DNA of 47,458 nucleotides, taken from positions 1 to 47,458 of the forward strand of contig CALWYR010000117.1 of NCBI GenBank assembly GCA_944385805.1. The letters are read 5' to 3'. The notes under the pieces were generated by a model. It was not told the DNA's origin and made no database searches. It was given only the letters and a program-made list of their open reading frames with translations. Origin of the DNA: an uncultured Oscillospiraceae bacterium. GTDB lineage: Bacteria > Bacillota > Clostridia > Oscillospirales > Oscillospiraceae. The position numbers and the translations under genes were made by a program. Below, one piece after another: positions 26,857-34,580 of the stretch. The first letter of the stretch is position 1, and each line of letters opens with the position of its first letter.

Positions 26857-27750
26857 TCAGACGGTCTGGATGCCGAGCGCGTGCATGCTCTCGATGAGCT
26901 TGGCCTTGGTGCCCTCAGCCATGTCGATGAGCGGCAGACGCAGCTTGCCGACGTTCAGGCCCATGAGGTTCATCGCGGTCTTGACCGGGATGGGGTTGGT
27001 CTCTATAAAGAGCTTGTCAAAGAAGTCGGCGAGACGGAAATACTCCTCTGACGCGGCCTTGAAGTCGCCGGCCATACAGAGCTCGCAGAGCTTCGCCACG
27101 TCGGCGGGGATGCAGTTGCTGGCCACGGAGATAACGCCCAGCGCGCCGAGGGCCATCATGGGCACGGTGTCGGAGTCGTTGCCGGACCAGAAGTTGAGCT
27201 CGTCGCCGCACATGCTGCGCGTGAGCGCGAACTCGGCGATATTGCCGCTGGCCTCCTTGACGCCGTTGATGTTGGGGTGCTTGCTCAGCTCCTTGTAGGT
27301 GGCGGGCTTGATGCCGATGCCGGTGCGGCTGGGCACGTTGTACAGTATCATCGGCACGCTGACGCGGTCGGCCACATAGCTGAAGTGCTGCACAAGGCCG
27401 GCCTGGGTTGTCTTGTTATAATAGGGCGTGACCATCAGTATGCCGTCCGCGCCAACGGCCTCGGCGTGCTTTGCCTGCTCGAGGGCGTGCTCAGTGTTGT
27501 TGGCGCCAACGCCGACGATGACCTTCATTTTGCCCTTGCACTTCTCGACCGTAAGCTCGGTGAGCCTGTTGTGTTCCTCGGCGGTATGCGTGGGATTCTC
27601 CCCGGTGGTGCCGCAGACGAGAATGGCGCTGGTGCCGCCGGCATACTGCATGTCTATCAGCTCGGCGTACTTGGCGTAGTCGACGCCCGTCTCGGTATAG
27701 GGTGTGACAATGGCGGTGCAGGAACCGGTGAATATCGGTTTTTTGGCCAT
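26857..27750 (-). CDS. dapA: 4-hydroxy-tetrahydrodipicolinate synthase
   Basis: 297 aa. GTTGE, YYNK and GVKEASG (Schiff-base Lys) motifs. RBS GAAGGAGG. Confidence 0.95.
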   Translation of the reverse strand: MAKKPIFTGSCTAIVTPYTETGVDYAKYAELIDMQYAGGTSAILVCGTTGENPTHTAEEHNRLTELTVEKCKGKMKVIVGVGANNTEHALEQAKHAEAVGADGILMVTPYYNKTTQAGLVQHFSYVADRVSVPMILYNVPSRTGIGIKPATYKELSKHPNINGVKEASGNIAEFALTRSMCGDELNFWSGNDSDTVPMMALGALGVISVASNCIPADVAKLCELCMAGDFKAASEEYFRLADFFDKLFIETNPIPVKTAMNLMGLNVGKLRLPLIDMAEGTKAKLIESMHALGIQTV

Positions 27751-27784
27751 AATTATACCTCCTTCTGGCTTTTTATCTTTTACA

Positions 27785-28870
27785 TCACTTGCGGGTGATA
27801 TATTTCTCCGCGGTCAGGAGCTCTGCCAGCTCAACGGCCCCGCCGGCGGCGCCGCGCAGGGTGTTGTGGCTGAGGCAGACAAACTTGTAGTCGTACTGCG
27901 TGTCCGGACGCAGTCGTCCGATGGATATCTGCATACCGCCCTCATTCATGCGGTCGAGGCGGGTCTGCGGGCGGTCGGGCTCTTCAAAGTAGCGCAGGAA
28001 CTGCCTGGGCGCGCTGGGGAGTCCGAGCTCCTGCGGGCGTCCCTTGAAATTGGCCCAGCACTCCTTCATTGCCTCCATGGAGGGCGTGTTGTCAAAGGAA
28101 CAGAACACGGCGGCCATGTGGCCGTTGGAGGCGGCTACTCGCAGGCACTGGGCGGTGATGCTCGGCTTTTCAGCGTTGGCGATGTGGTCGCCGTCAACGC
28201 GGCCCCAGACCTTCATGGGCTCGCGCTCGCTCTTCTCCTCCTCGCCTCCGATATACGGTATCACGTTGTCAACCATGTCCGGCCAGGTTTCAAAGGTCTT
28301 GCCAGCGCCGGAGACGGCCTGGTAGGTGCAGACGAGGATGCGGTTGAGGCCGTACTCCAGCCTCAGCGGGCTGAGCGCGGGGACATAGCTCTGTATCGAG
28401 CAGTTGCTCTTGACGGCGATAAAGCCGCGCGAGGTGCCCAGGCGCTTCTTCTGCGCTGGGATTATCTCCAGATGCTCCGGGTTTATCTCCGGTATTACCA
28501 TCGGCACGTCGGGAGTCCAGCGGTTGGCGGAGTTATTGGAGACAACCGGCGTCTCGTGCCGGGCGTACTCCTCCTCCAGGCCGCGGATCTCCTCGGCCTT
28601 CATGTCGACGGCGGAGAAAACAAAGTCGACCTCGTCCGCCACGCCGGCCACATCGGCGGCGTCCTTGATAACAATGTTCCTTGCGCACTCCGGCATGGGC
28701 ACGTCCAGCGCCCAGCGCCTGCCGGCGGCCTCCTCATAGGTCTTGCCTGCGCTGCGGGCGCTGGCAGCGATGACCTTGAGCTCGAACCAGGGGTGATTCG
28801 CGATGAGGGTAACGAAGCGCTGGCCCACCATTCCGGTGCCGCCGATGACGCCAACTTTGAGTTTTTCCAT
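27785..28870 (-). CDS. asd: Aspartate-semialdehyde dehydrogenase
   Basis: MEKLKVGVIGGTGMVGQRF, the active-site region SNCSIQS and SHNTLRGAAG. Trimmed to ATG 28870 (RBS AAAGGAAGG). Confidence 0.95.
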   Translation of the reverse strand: MEKLKVGVIGGTGMVGQRFVTLIANHPWFELKVIAASARSAGKTYEEAAGRRWALDVPMPECARNIVIKDAADVAGVADEVDFVFSAVDMKAEEIRGLEEEYARHETPVVSNNSANRWTPDVPMVIPEINPEHLEIIPAQKKRLGTSRGFIAVKSNCSIQSYVPALSPLRLEYGLNRILVCTYQAVSGAGKTFETWPDMVDNVIPYIGGEEEKSEREPMKVWGRVDGDHIANAEKPSITAQCLRVAASNGHMAAVFCSFDNTPSMEAMKECWANFKGRPQELGLPSAPRQFLRYFEEPDRPQTRLDRMNEGGMQISIGRLRPDTQYDYKFVCLSHNTLRGAAGGAVELAELLTAEKYITRK

Positions 28871-29024
28871 AGCAAGACCTTCCTTTCGCCGCATGAAAAG
28901 CATATTCAGGCGGTGGTTAATTCATGCCGGAGCAATGCCGCGCTTGCAATTGCGGCCGACTGCTACTATAATAGGACATGGCATGCGAAATATGTCGAAG
29001 CATACTCATACCTATACAGCAGTT

Positions 29025-29053
29025 ATTTTACCACTTGCAGACTTTTCAGTCAA
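29025..29053 (-). promoter_or_regulatory. Candidate sigma-A promoter of the asd-dapA-dapB operon
   Basis: On the minus strand: TTGACT (29053-29048), 17-nt spacer, TAAAAT (29030-29025). This leaves a leader of about 150 nt. Confidence 0.45.
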
Positions 29054-29081
29054 CAAATCGTTAAAAGGTGAACACATAAAA

Positions 29082-30728
29082 ATGCGAAAACCTGCACTCT
29101 ACAAGTTAAGCGCCATCGCGCTCACTCTCATTACGGCGCTCGCCTTCTGCCTGCCCGGCACGGCCGCCGGGGATGTCCTAGTCAACGGCGAGCCCATGTC
29201 CGTCCCGCTTGCCGAGGCCCGCGCCGTCGGCTCTGGCGGGGTGGGCCTTCTCGGAGGCGAGGTCTGGGTCATGACCGCGGACGGACTCGAGCAGCTCGGC
29301 GCCGCGGAAGCCCCCGAGGGCGAGCCCGGACACCTCGAGGTCACGGACACGCTTGAGCTCGACTATGACGCGGTGCGCGTGGGACTTTACTACAGCGAGG
29401 GCCTCGACTACGCCAACCTTGAAAACGAGGTCGGCCGCGGCTATGAGCTCGGCTATTACGACGCGCAGCGCGAGTTCCACGCCCTCGCCTATACTGACGA
29501 GACGGAGATAACCATGGTGCCGGACCTCAACGTCTCCACCCCCGGCGGAGAGGTCGGCTGCTTCCATGTGCGTATGCCCGGTTCCTACCGCAGCTATGAT
29601 GAGGCGCTGAGGAGCGCCGGGAACTTTAACGGAGGCTTTGTCGGCTGGTATGACGGCGCGTATTACGCGCTCTACGGCAGCTACACAAGCCGGGAGGCCG
29701 CCAGGGCAGCCGCCGGCTCCTCCGGCGGCGAGGTCTTCACCGCCTCTAACCGCGCTGTCACTGTAACTCGCACTTCGGACGCCGGTATACTATTTGAGTT
29801 CGACGGCGGCAGCTCAATGAGCCTGGCCGTGCTCCCCGACGGCGACGGCGGCAAGGCGGAGACCTGGTTCAAGGGCAGCACCTATTTCGGCGGCTTTGAC
29901 TATACGCGCCTCGGCGGAGGCGACAAGCTCTGCGTCGTCAACATAGTGGATATAGAGGACTATGTAAAAGGCGTGCTGCCATACGAAATGAGCCCCGGCT
30001 GGCCGGCGGAAGCGCTCAAGGCGCAGGCGGTCTGCGCTCGCACATACGTCGCCAGCCACTTTGACGGCTACCGCTCCAGCTACGGCTTCGACGTCACCAA
30101 CGACACCTACAGCCAGGTCTATCGTGGTTCAAGCGCCTGTGAGAGCGACACGGACGCGGCCGTTGAGGCCACCGAGGGGCTCTATATAACCTACCGCGGC
30201 GAGCCCATCGACGCCATGTACTGCTCGTCCAACGGCGGCGGCAGCGAGGACAGCGAGAACGTCATGTACTCCGCCGTGGCCTGGCTGCGCGGCAAGTCCG
30301 ACCCCTATGAGGCAGCGGCCGACGACGTGAACTACTACAGCTCCTGGACACGGACGCTCAGCTCCGACGCGCTGGCCTCCAGCGCCTCCGCGGCTGGCTA
30401 TCCGCTCTCCGACGTAGCCTCCATAGAGACGGAGCTCTCTGACAGCGGCAACGTCATAGCGCTGCGCCTGCGCGACAGCGCCGGTCGCGCTGCGGTGTTT
30501 GAGCGCGGCGAGTGCTACAGCTTCGTAACCGGGCGGCTGGGCCTCAACAGCATCCGCTTTGAGGTGAGCGGCGGCCCCGGCGGCTGGACCTTCACCGGCT
30601 CCGGCTGGGGACACAGCCTGGGTATGAGCCAGTATGGCGCTTACGCCATGGCCGATACATACGGCTTCAGCTTTGACCAGATTATCAACTTCTACTACAC
30701 GGACGTCGAGCTCGCGCGCGGCGTCTGA
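29082..30728 (+). CDS. SpoIID/LytB-domain protein (stage II sporulation protein D-like) with a long N-terminal extension
   Basis: Signal peptide MRKPALYKLSAIALTLITALAFCLPGTAAG. YVKGVLPYEMSPGWPAEALKAQAVCARTY, CSSNGGGSED and GHSLGMSQYGA motifs. Trimmed from tracked ORF 28803. Confidence 0.8.
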   Translation: MRKPALYKLSAIALTLITALAFCLPGTAAGDVLVNGEPMSVPLAEARAVGSGGVGLLGGEVWVMTADGLEQLGAAEAPEGEPGHLEVTDTLELDYDAVRVGLYYSEGLDYANLENEVGRGYELGYYDAQREFHALAYTDETEITMVPDLNVSTPGGEVGCFHVRMPGSYRSYDEALRSAGNFNGGFVGWYDGAYYALYGSYTSREAARAAAGSSGGEVFTASNRAVTVTRTSDAGILFEFDGGSSMSLAVLPDGDGGKAETWFKGSTYFGGFDYTRLGGGDKLCVVNIVDIEDYVKGVLPYEMSPGWPAEALKAQAVCARTYVASHFDGYRSSYGFDVTNDTYSQVYRGSSACESDTDAAVEATEGLYITYRGEPIDAMYCSSNGGGSEDSENVMYSAVAWLRGKSDPYEAAADDVNYYSSWTRTLSSDALASSASAAGYPLSDVASIETELSDSGNVIALRLRDSAGRAAVFERGECYSFVTGRLGLNSIRFEVSGGPGGWTFTGSGWGHSLGMSQYGAYAMADTYGFSFDQIINFYYTDVELARGV

Positions 30729-30740
30729 GAGAGGCAGAAT

Positions 30741-31763
30741 ATGAAAAAATCCGACTTCTATTTTGAGCTCCCGCCTGAGCTGATTGCCCAGACGCCGCTG
30801 GAAAGACGGGACGCCTCGCGGCTCATGTGCCTCGACCGCGTAAGCGGCGAGGTCACGCACCGCGTATTTACCGACCTCGCCGAGCTCCTGCGCCCCGGCG
30901 ACTGTCTGGTCATGAACGACTCGCGCGTGCTTCCCGCACGCCTGTTGGGAACGCGCGAGACCGGCGGCGCGGTCGAGGTGCTGCTGCTGCGCGATCTCGG
31001 CGGCGGCGAGTGGGAGTGCCTCACCAGGCCCGGGCGCAAGACCCGCCCCGGCACCCGGCTGAGCTTCGGAGACGGCGAGCTGCGCGCCGAGGTAATCTCA
31101 GTCGCCGAAGGCGGCAACAGGGTAGTCAGATTCAGCTACGAGGGCATCTTTCTCGAGGTGCTCGAACGCCTGGGCAAGATGCCGCTGCCCCCTTATATAA
31201 AAGAGGAACTGCGCGATTCCGAGCGCTATCAGACCGTCTATTCGCGCGAGCTGGGCTCCGCCGCCGCGCCCACAGCGGGGCTGCACTTTACCAAGGAACT
31301 GCTCGCGAAGCTCGCGGACAGGGGCGTGTGCGAGTGCTTTATCACCCTTCATGTCGGACTCGGCACCTTCCGCCCCGTCAAGGAGGAGGAGATTGAGGAC
31401 CACGACATGCACTCGGAGTTCTGCATCATCCCCGAGGAGACGGCCCGCGTGATAAACGAGACGCGCGCCGCCGGCGGGCGCGTGGTCTGCGTCGGGACCA
31501 CCTCCTGCCGCACTCTCGAGAGTTTTGCCAACGAAGACGGCACTGTCGACGCCCAGAGCGGCTGGACTAATATCTTTATCTACCCCGGCTACCGCTTCAA
31601 GTGCATGGACGCGCTGATAACCAACTTCCACCTGCCTGAGAGCACGCTGGTAATGCTGGTCAGCGCCTTCGCCGGCAGGGAACATGTTCTCAGCGCCTAC
31701 GCGGAGGCTGTCCGCGAGCGATACCGCTTCTTCTCCTTTGGCGACGCGATGTTCATCTCATAA
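30741..31763 (+). CDS. queA: S-adenosylmethionine:tRNA ribosyltransferase-isomerase
   Basis: 340 aa. [52 protein letters not shown] and NFHLPESTL. Confidence 0.95.
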   Translation: MKKSDFYFELPPELIAQTPLERRDASRLMCLDRVSGEVTHRVFTDLAELLRPGDCLVMNDSRVLPARLLGTRETGGAVEVLLLRDLGGGEWECLTRPGRKTRPGTRLSFGDGELRAEVISVAEGGNRVVRFSYEGIFLEVLERLGKMPLPPYIKEELRDSERYQTVYSRELGSAAAPTAGLHFTKELLAKLADRGVCECFITLHVGLGTFRPVKEEEIEDHDMHSEFCIIPEETARVINETRAAGGRVVCVGTTSCRTLESFANEDGTVDAQSGWTNIFIYPGYRFKCMDALITNFHLPESTLVMLVSAFAGREHVLSAYAEAVRERYRFFSFGDAMFIS

Positions 31764-31768
31764 TTTAA

Positions 31769-31799
31769 CCCCGCCCGCTCACAACGCGGACGGGGCTTT
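31769..31799. terminator. Terminator hairpin between the convergent queA and LysM-protein genes
   Basis: ccccgcccgc-tcacaac-gcggacgggg (one mismatch), followed by cTTT. Confidence 0.5.
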
Positions 31800-31800
31800 A

Positions 31801-33315
31801 TTACGCTCTGGGTATCAGCAGCACGCGTCCCTTCAGGTCTTCGGCGGGCTGGAGCTTGTTGAGCGCTTTAATGGCGGCTGCGGTCGAGTGGCAGCGCTTG
31901 CCAAGGCTCCAGAGGGTGTCCCCCTCCCCCGCCCTTACTACCGTCACGCTGGGGCGGCTCTGCGCGTCCTGAGCCTCGCCGGATGTGACGGAGGTTATCT
32001 GCGTCAGCTCGCAGGGCCTGGCGCTCAGCAGCTCAAGCTCCGCCTGTACGCGCAGATCTATCCCGCCCTGCGCAATCGTGGCCGTGCCCTCGACCCGCAA
32101 TGCGCGCACCGAGCTCACGCTCTCACCTTCCTGTATACCTGCGTCCGCCTCGCAGCTGAGCCGGCGCGCGGCCGAGTACACCCCGCCGTCCGCGGCCAGG
32201 TAGAGCACGGCTGCGTTGACGCTGCAGCGCGCCCTGCCCGCTTCATATTCGGCGGTCCCCGCGCGGCAGATGCAGCGTATAATGGCGACCGGGGACGGGC
32301 TGGCCGGCAGCAGCTCCGAAGCCGAGGCGCGCACGACGCCTCTCCGCAGCGAGGTTACGGACGAAACGCTCTCGCGCTCCAGCTCGAGCTCGCAGCTGTT
32401 GCTGTAGCAGTCCGCGAGGCACTCGGCCCGCAGCGTGTCCGAGCAGACGCACTGCGAGACTATATGGTATTCCGCCGAGATGCCGCGCTCCCCGCCGGAG
32501 AGGGCCACCGGCTCTATATACTCGGCGGTTAGCATGGAATAGACGCTGCATTCCGGGCCCGCGAGCTCGCGGCCGGCGTCGAGCATCTGCGAGAATTCAC
32601 TGTCAAAGCTGACGGAACAGAGCTCGCCGCTGCCCTCGGCGCGGTAAATAACCTGTAGAAGCACGGTGCCGTTGAATATTACCCGCTCGCCCACGCTGCG
32701 CACGCTGCCAGGTATGATCTCCGTGCGGTGCCAGAGCAGCTCTCCCATGGGCAGCAGGCCCGGCTGCAGGGCGTACTCGTCAGAGACGACGAAGCTCTTC
32801 TCTTTCACACAGACCACCGGGCAGAGGGCGGCGTTTTCGCTCAGCGTCTCTACGCTCTCTGCTCCCTCTCCCTCCAGCCCGGAGGAGAGCTCCAGCTCGG
32901 AGCGGTTGAATGCCAGCGCGAAGACGCCGACTACGACCCTCAGCAGCACCTTGCGCGGGTTGAGCAGCCGCGCGTCCACGTTTATCACCGTCAGCTGCGC
33001 AACGGCCAGGCTCTCCGCCGTGACCTCCGGCGCTTCGAGCTCCACGCTCAGCGGCACGGTACTCTCCAGCGTGCAGACCCCGTTTTGCTCCTCGGGCGCG
33101 TAGAGCACCGTGACGTTCACGCTGCCGCCGATTTTCACCGCGCCATCCAGCACATCCTTGCTGCGCATAACTGCCGTGCCTTCCGCGCAGAGGATACGCT
33201 CGGCGTCCGGCAGCGTGTCCGGCACAACCGTCTCCACCGCCTCTTCAACAGGCATGGCGTAAGTAAAAACCCTCTCGCAGCAGTCCAGGGCGCTGCGTTT
33301 GACAGTCAAGTCCAT
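31801..33315 (-). CDS. DUF3794-repeat protein with a C-terminal LysM domain (SipL/SpoVID-like spore coat morphogenetic protein)
   Basis: 504 aa. The C-terminus VTVVRAGEGDTLWSLGKRCHSTAAAIKALNKL...LLIP is a LysM domain. Size, LysM position and the adjacent spoVM fit the C. difficile SipL / B. subtilis SpoVID class. Confidence 0.65.
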   Translation of the reverse strand: MDLTVKRSALDCCERVFTYAMPVEEAVETVVPDTLPDAERILCAEGTAVMRSKDVLDGAVKIGGSVNVTVLYAPEEQNGVCTLESTVPLSVELEAPEVTAESLAVAQLTVINVDARLLNPRKVLLRVVVGVFALAFNRSELELSSGLEGEGAESVETLSENAALCPVVCVKEKSFVVSDEYALQPGLLPMGELLWHRTEIIPGSVRSVGERVIFNGTVLLQVIYRAEGSGELCSVSFDSEFSQMLDAGRELAGPECSVYSMLTAEYIEPVALSGGERGISAEYHIVSQCVCSDTLRAECLADCYSNSCELELERESVSSVTSLRRGVVRASASELLPASPSPVAIIRCICRAGTAEYEAGRARCSVNAAVLYLAADGGVYSAARRLSCEADAGIQEGESVSSVRALRVEGTATIAQGGIDLRVQAELELLSARPCELTQITSVTSGEAQDAQSRPSVTVVRAGEGDTLWSLGKRCHSTAAAIKALNKLQPAEDLKGRVLLIPRA

Positions 33316-33371
33316 GGTATCTCCCCTCGCAAGAAGTTTCTCTAGAGCTTATGAGGGGAGGCGTGGACATA

Positions 33372-33449
33372 TTACTCCGCGGCGGCGCCGCTCAGCTTCA
33401 GTATAATTCCCGCGAGCCACGCGGGCAGCTTTATCACCAGGATTTTCAT
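33372..33449 (-). CDS. spoVM: Stage V sporulation protein M (25-aa amphipathic membrane-curvature sensor)
   Basis: Not in the ORF track because it is under 60 aa. Sequence MKILVIKLPAWLAGIILKLSGAAAE compares with B. subtilis SpoVM MKFYTIKLPKFLGGIVRAMLGSFRKD (recalled from memory). Strong RBS TTAGGAGGTatgatATG. It is near prkC-rsgA, as in Bacillus. Confidence 0.65.
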   Translation of the reverse strand: MKILVIKLPAWLAGIILKLSGAAAE

Positions 33450-33459
33450 ATCATACCTC

Positions 33460-33624
33460 CTAACTACAGCTGCGCAGCAGCCAGATGCCGCCAAAAATGA
33501 GCGCGACGGCCAGGGCAAACCACCAGAAGCCCGCCGGCAGTATCAGCGCAAGGATTATAACTACCCCCGCCAGTATTACCAGCCAGCCCACCGCCGGGCC
33601 GCGGCTCCGCCGACGTCTGCGCAT
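33460..33624 (-). CDS. Possible 54-aa two-TM membrane peptide
   Basis: MRRRRRSRGPAVGWLVILAGVVIILALILPAGFWWFALAVALIFGGIWLLRSCS. Its TAG stop overlaps the spoVM RBS. Its own ATG lies right after the rsgA terminator, with only a G-rich pseudo-RBS inside the stem. Confidence 0.35.
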   Translation of the reverse strand: MRRRRRSRGPAVGWLVILAGVVIILALILPAGFWWFALAVALIFGGIWLLRSCS

Positions 33625-33674
33625 GAAAACACCCCCCGCGCCAATGTGGTACGCACCACATTATACGCGGGGGG
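33625..33674 (-). terminator. Terminator/stem-loop after rsgA
   Basis: Outer stem ccccccgcg/cgcgggggg and inner stem aatgtggt/accacatt. Followed on the minus strand by uGUUUUC. Confidence 0.5.
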
Positions 33675-33680
33675 ATACGT

Positions 33681-34580
33681 TTATGTTCCCTCTGAGCCGA
33701 GCTTCACGAGCTCCCAGTCCTTGTACCTCGCGCTTATCTCATAGAGCCTCCTGTAGCTTTCGTAGCGGCTGGCGCTTATCACGCCGGCCTCCACCGCCTC
33801 GCGCACGGAACAGCCCGGCTCCTTGATATGCGCGCAGTCGTCAAAGCGGCAGGAGCCGATATAGGGCTCAAACTCCGGGAAGGTATACTGCAGCTCGTCC
33901 TTGGGTATGGGCTGCATCTCCTCCACGTCAAAGGAGGCGAAGCCGGGGGTGTCGGCGCACCAGGCGCCTCCGACGGGGAAAATCTCAACATGGCGGGTGG
34001 TATGTCGGCCGCGCCCGAGCTTCTCGCTTATCTCGCCGGTCTTGAGGCCGAGAGAGGGCTCCAGCGCGTTCAGGATGCTGCTCTTGCCCACGCCGGAGTT
34101 GCCCGAAAAGGCGCAGAGCTTTCCGCGTATACGCCCGCGCAGCTCCTCTATGCCCTCGCGCGTGACGGCGCTGGTCTCTATTACCGGATAGGGCGTGGCG
34201 GCGTAGATGCCGCGCAGGCGGCCCGTGCTGCCAACGTCGCACTTGTTGATACAGATTATTACCTCGCAGCCGTTGTGCTCGGCGATACTGGTGACGCGGT
34301 CAATCAAAAACGGGTCTGTGACCGGCTCCGCCTCGCTGGCCACGGCTATGAGCGCGTCGATGTTGGCGACCGCGGGCCGTACAAAGTGGTTGCGGCGCGG
34401 CAATATCCTGTCCACGCGCCCCTTGCCGTTGGAGTCGGCGGAGAACTCAACCCTGTCTCCCACCAGCGGGCTCTCCCCATCGCGGCGGAAGCGCCCGCGC
34501 GCCCGGCACTCGGTAACCGCGTCCCCGCTGCGAACATAGTAGAAGCCGCTCAGGGCCTTGACTATGACGCCCTCCGGCAT
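33681..34580 (-). CDS. rsgA: Ribosome small-subunit-dependent GTPase A
   Basis: MPEGVIVKALSGFYYV OB-fold start. Circularly permuted GTPase NKCD...GNSGVGKSS. Zn motif CRFDDCAHIKEPGC. TGATG overlap with the prkC stop. Confidence 0.9.
   Translation of the reverse strand: MPEGVIVKALSGFYYVRSGDAVTECRARGRFRRDGESPLVGDRVEFSADSNGKGRVDRILPRRNHFVRPAVANIDALIAVASEAEPVTDPFLIDRVTSIAEHNGCEVIICINKCDVGSTGRLRGIYAATPYPVIETSAVTREGIEELRGRIRGKLCAFSGNSGVGKSSILNALEPSLGLKTGEISEKLGRGRHTTRHVEIFPVGGAWCADTPGFASFDVEEMQPIPKDELQYTFPEFEPYIGSCRFDDCAHIKEPGCSVREAVEAGVISASRYESYRRLYEISARYKDWELVKLGSEGT

Noticed and set aside
33464-33661. A tracked 65-aa ORF between rsgA and the LysM protein.
   Set aside because: It is Gly/Arg/Cys-rich and has no RBS. 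A different frame gives the more plausible 54-aa membrane peptide, and the adjacent spoVM-like ORF explains the region better.
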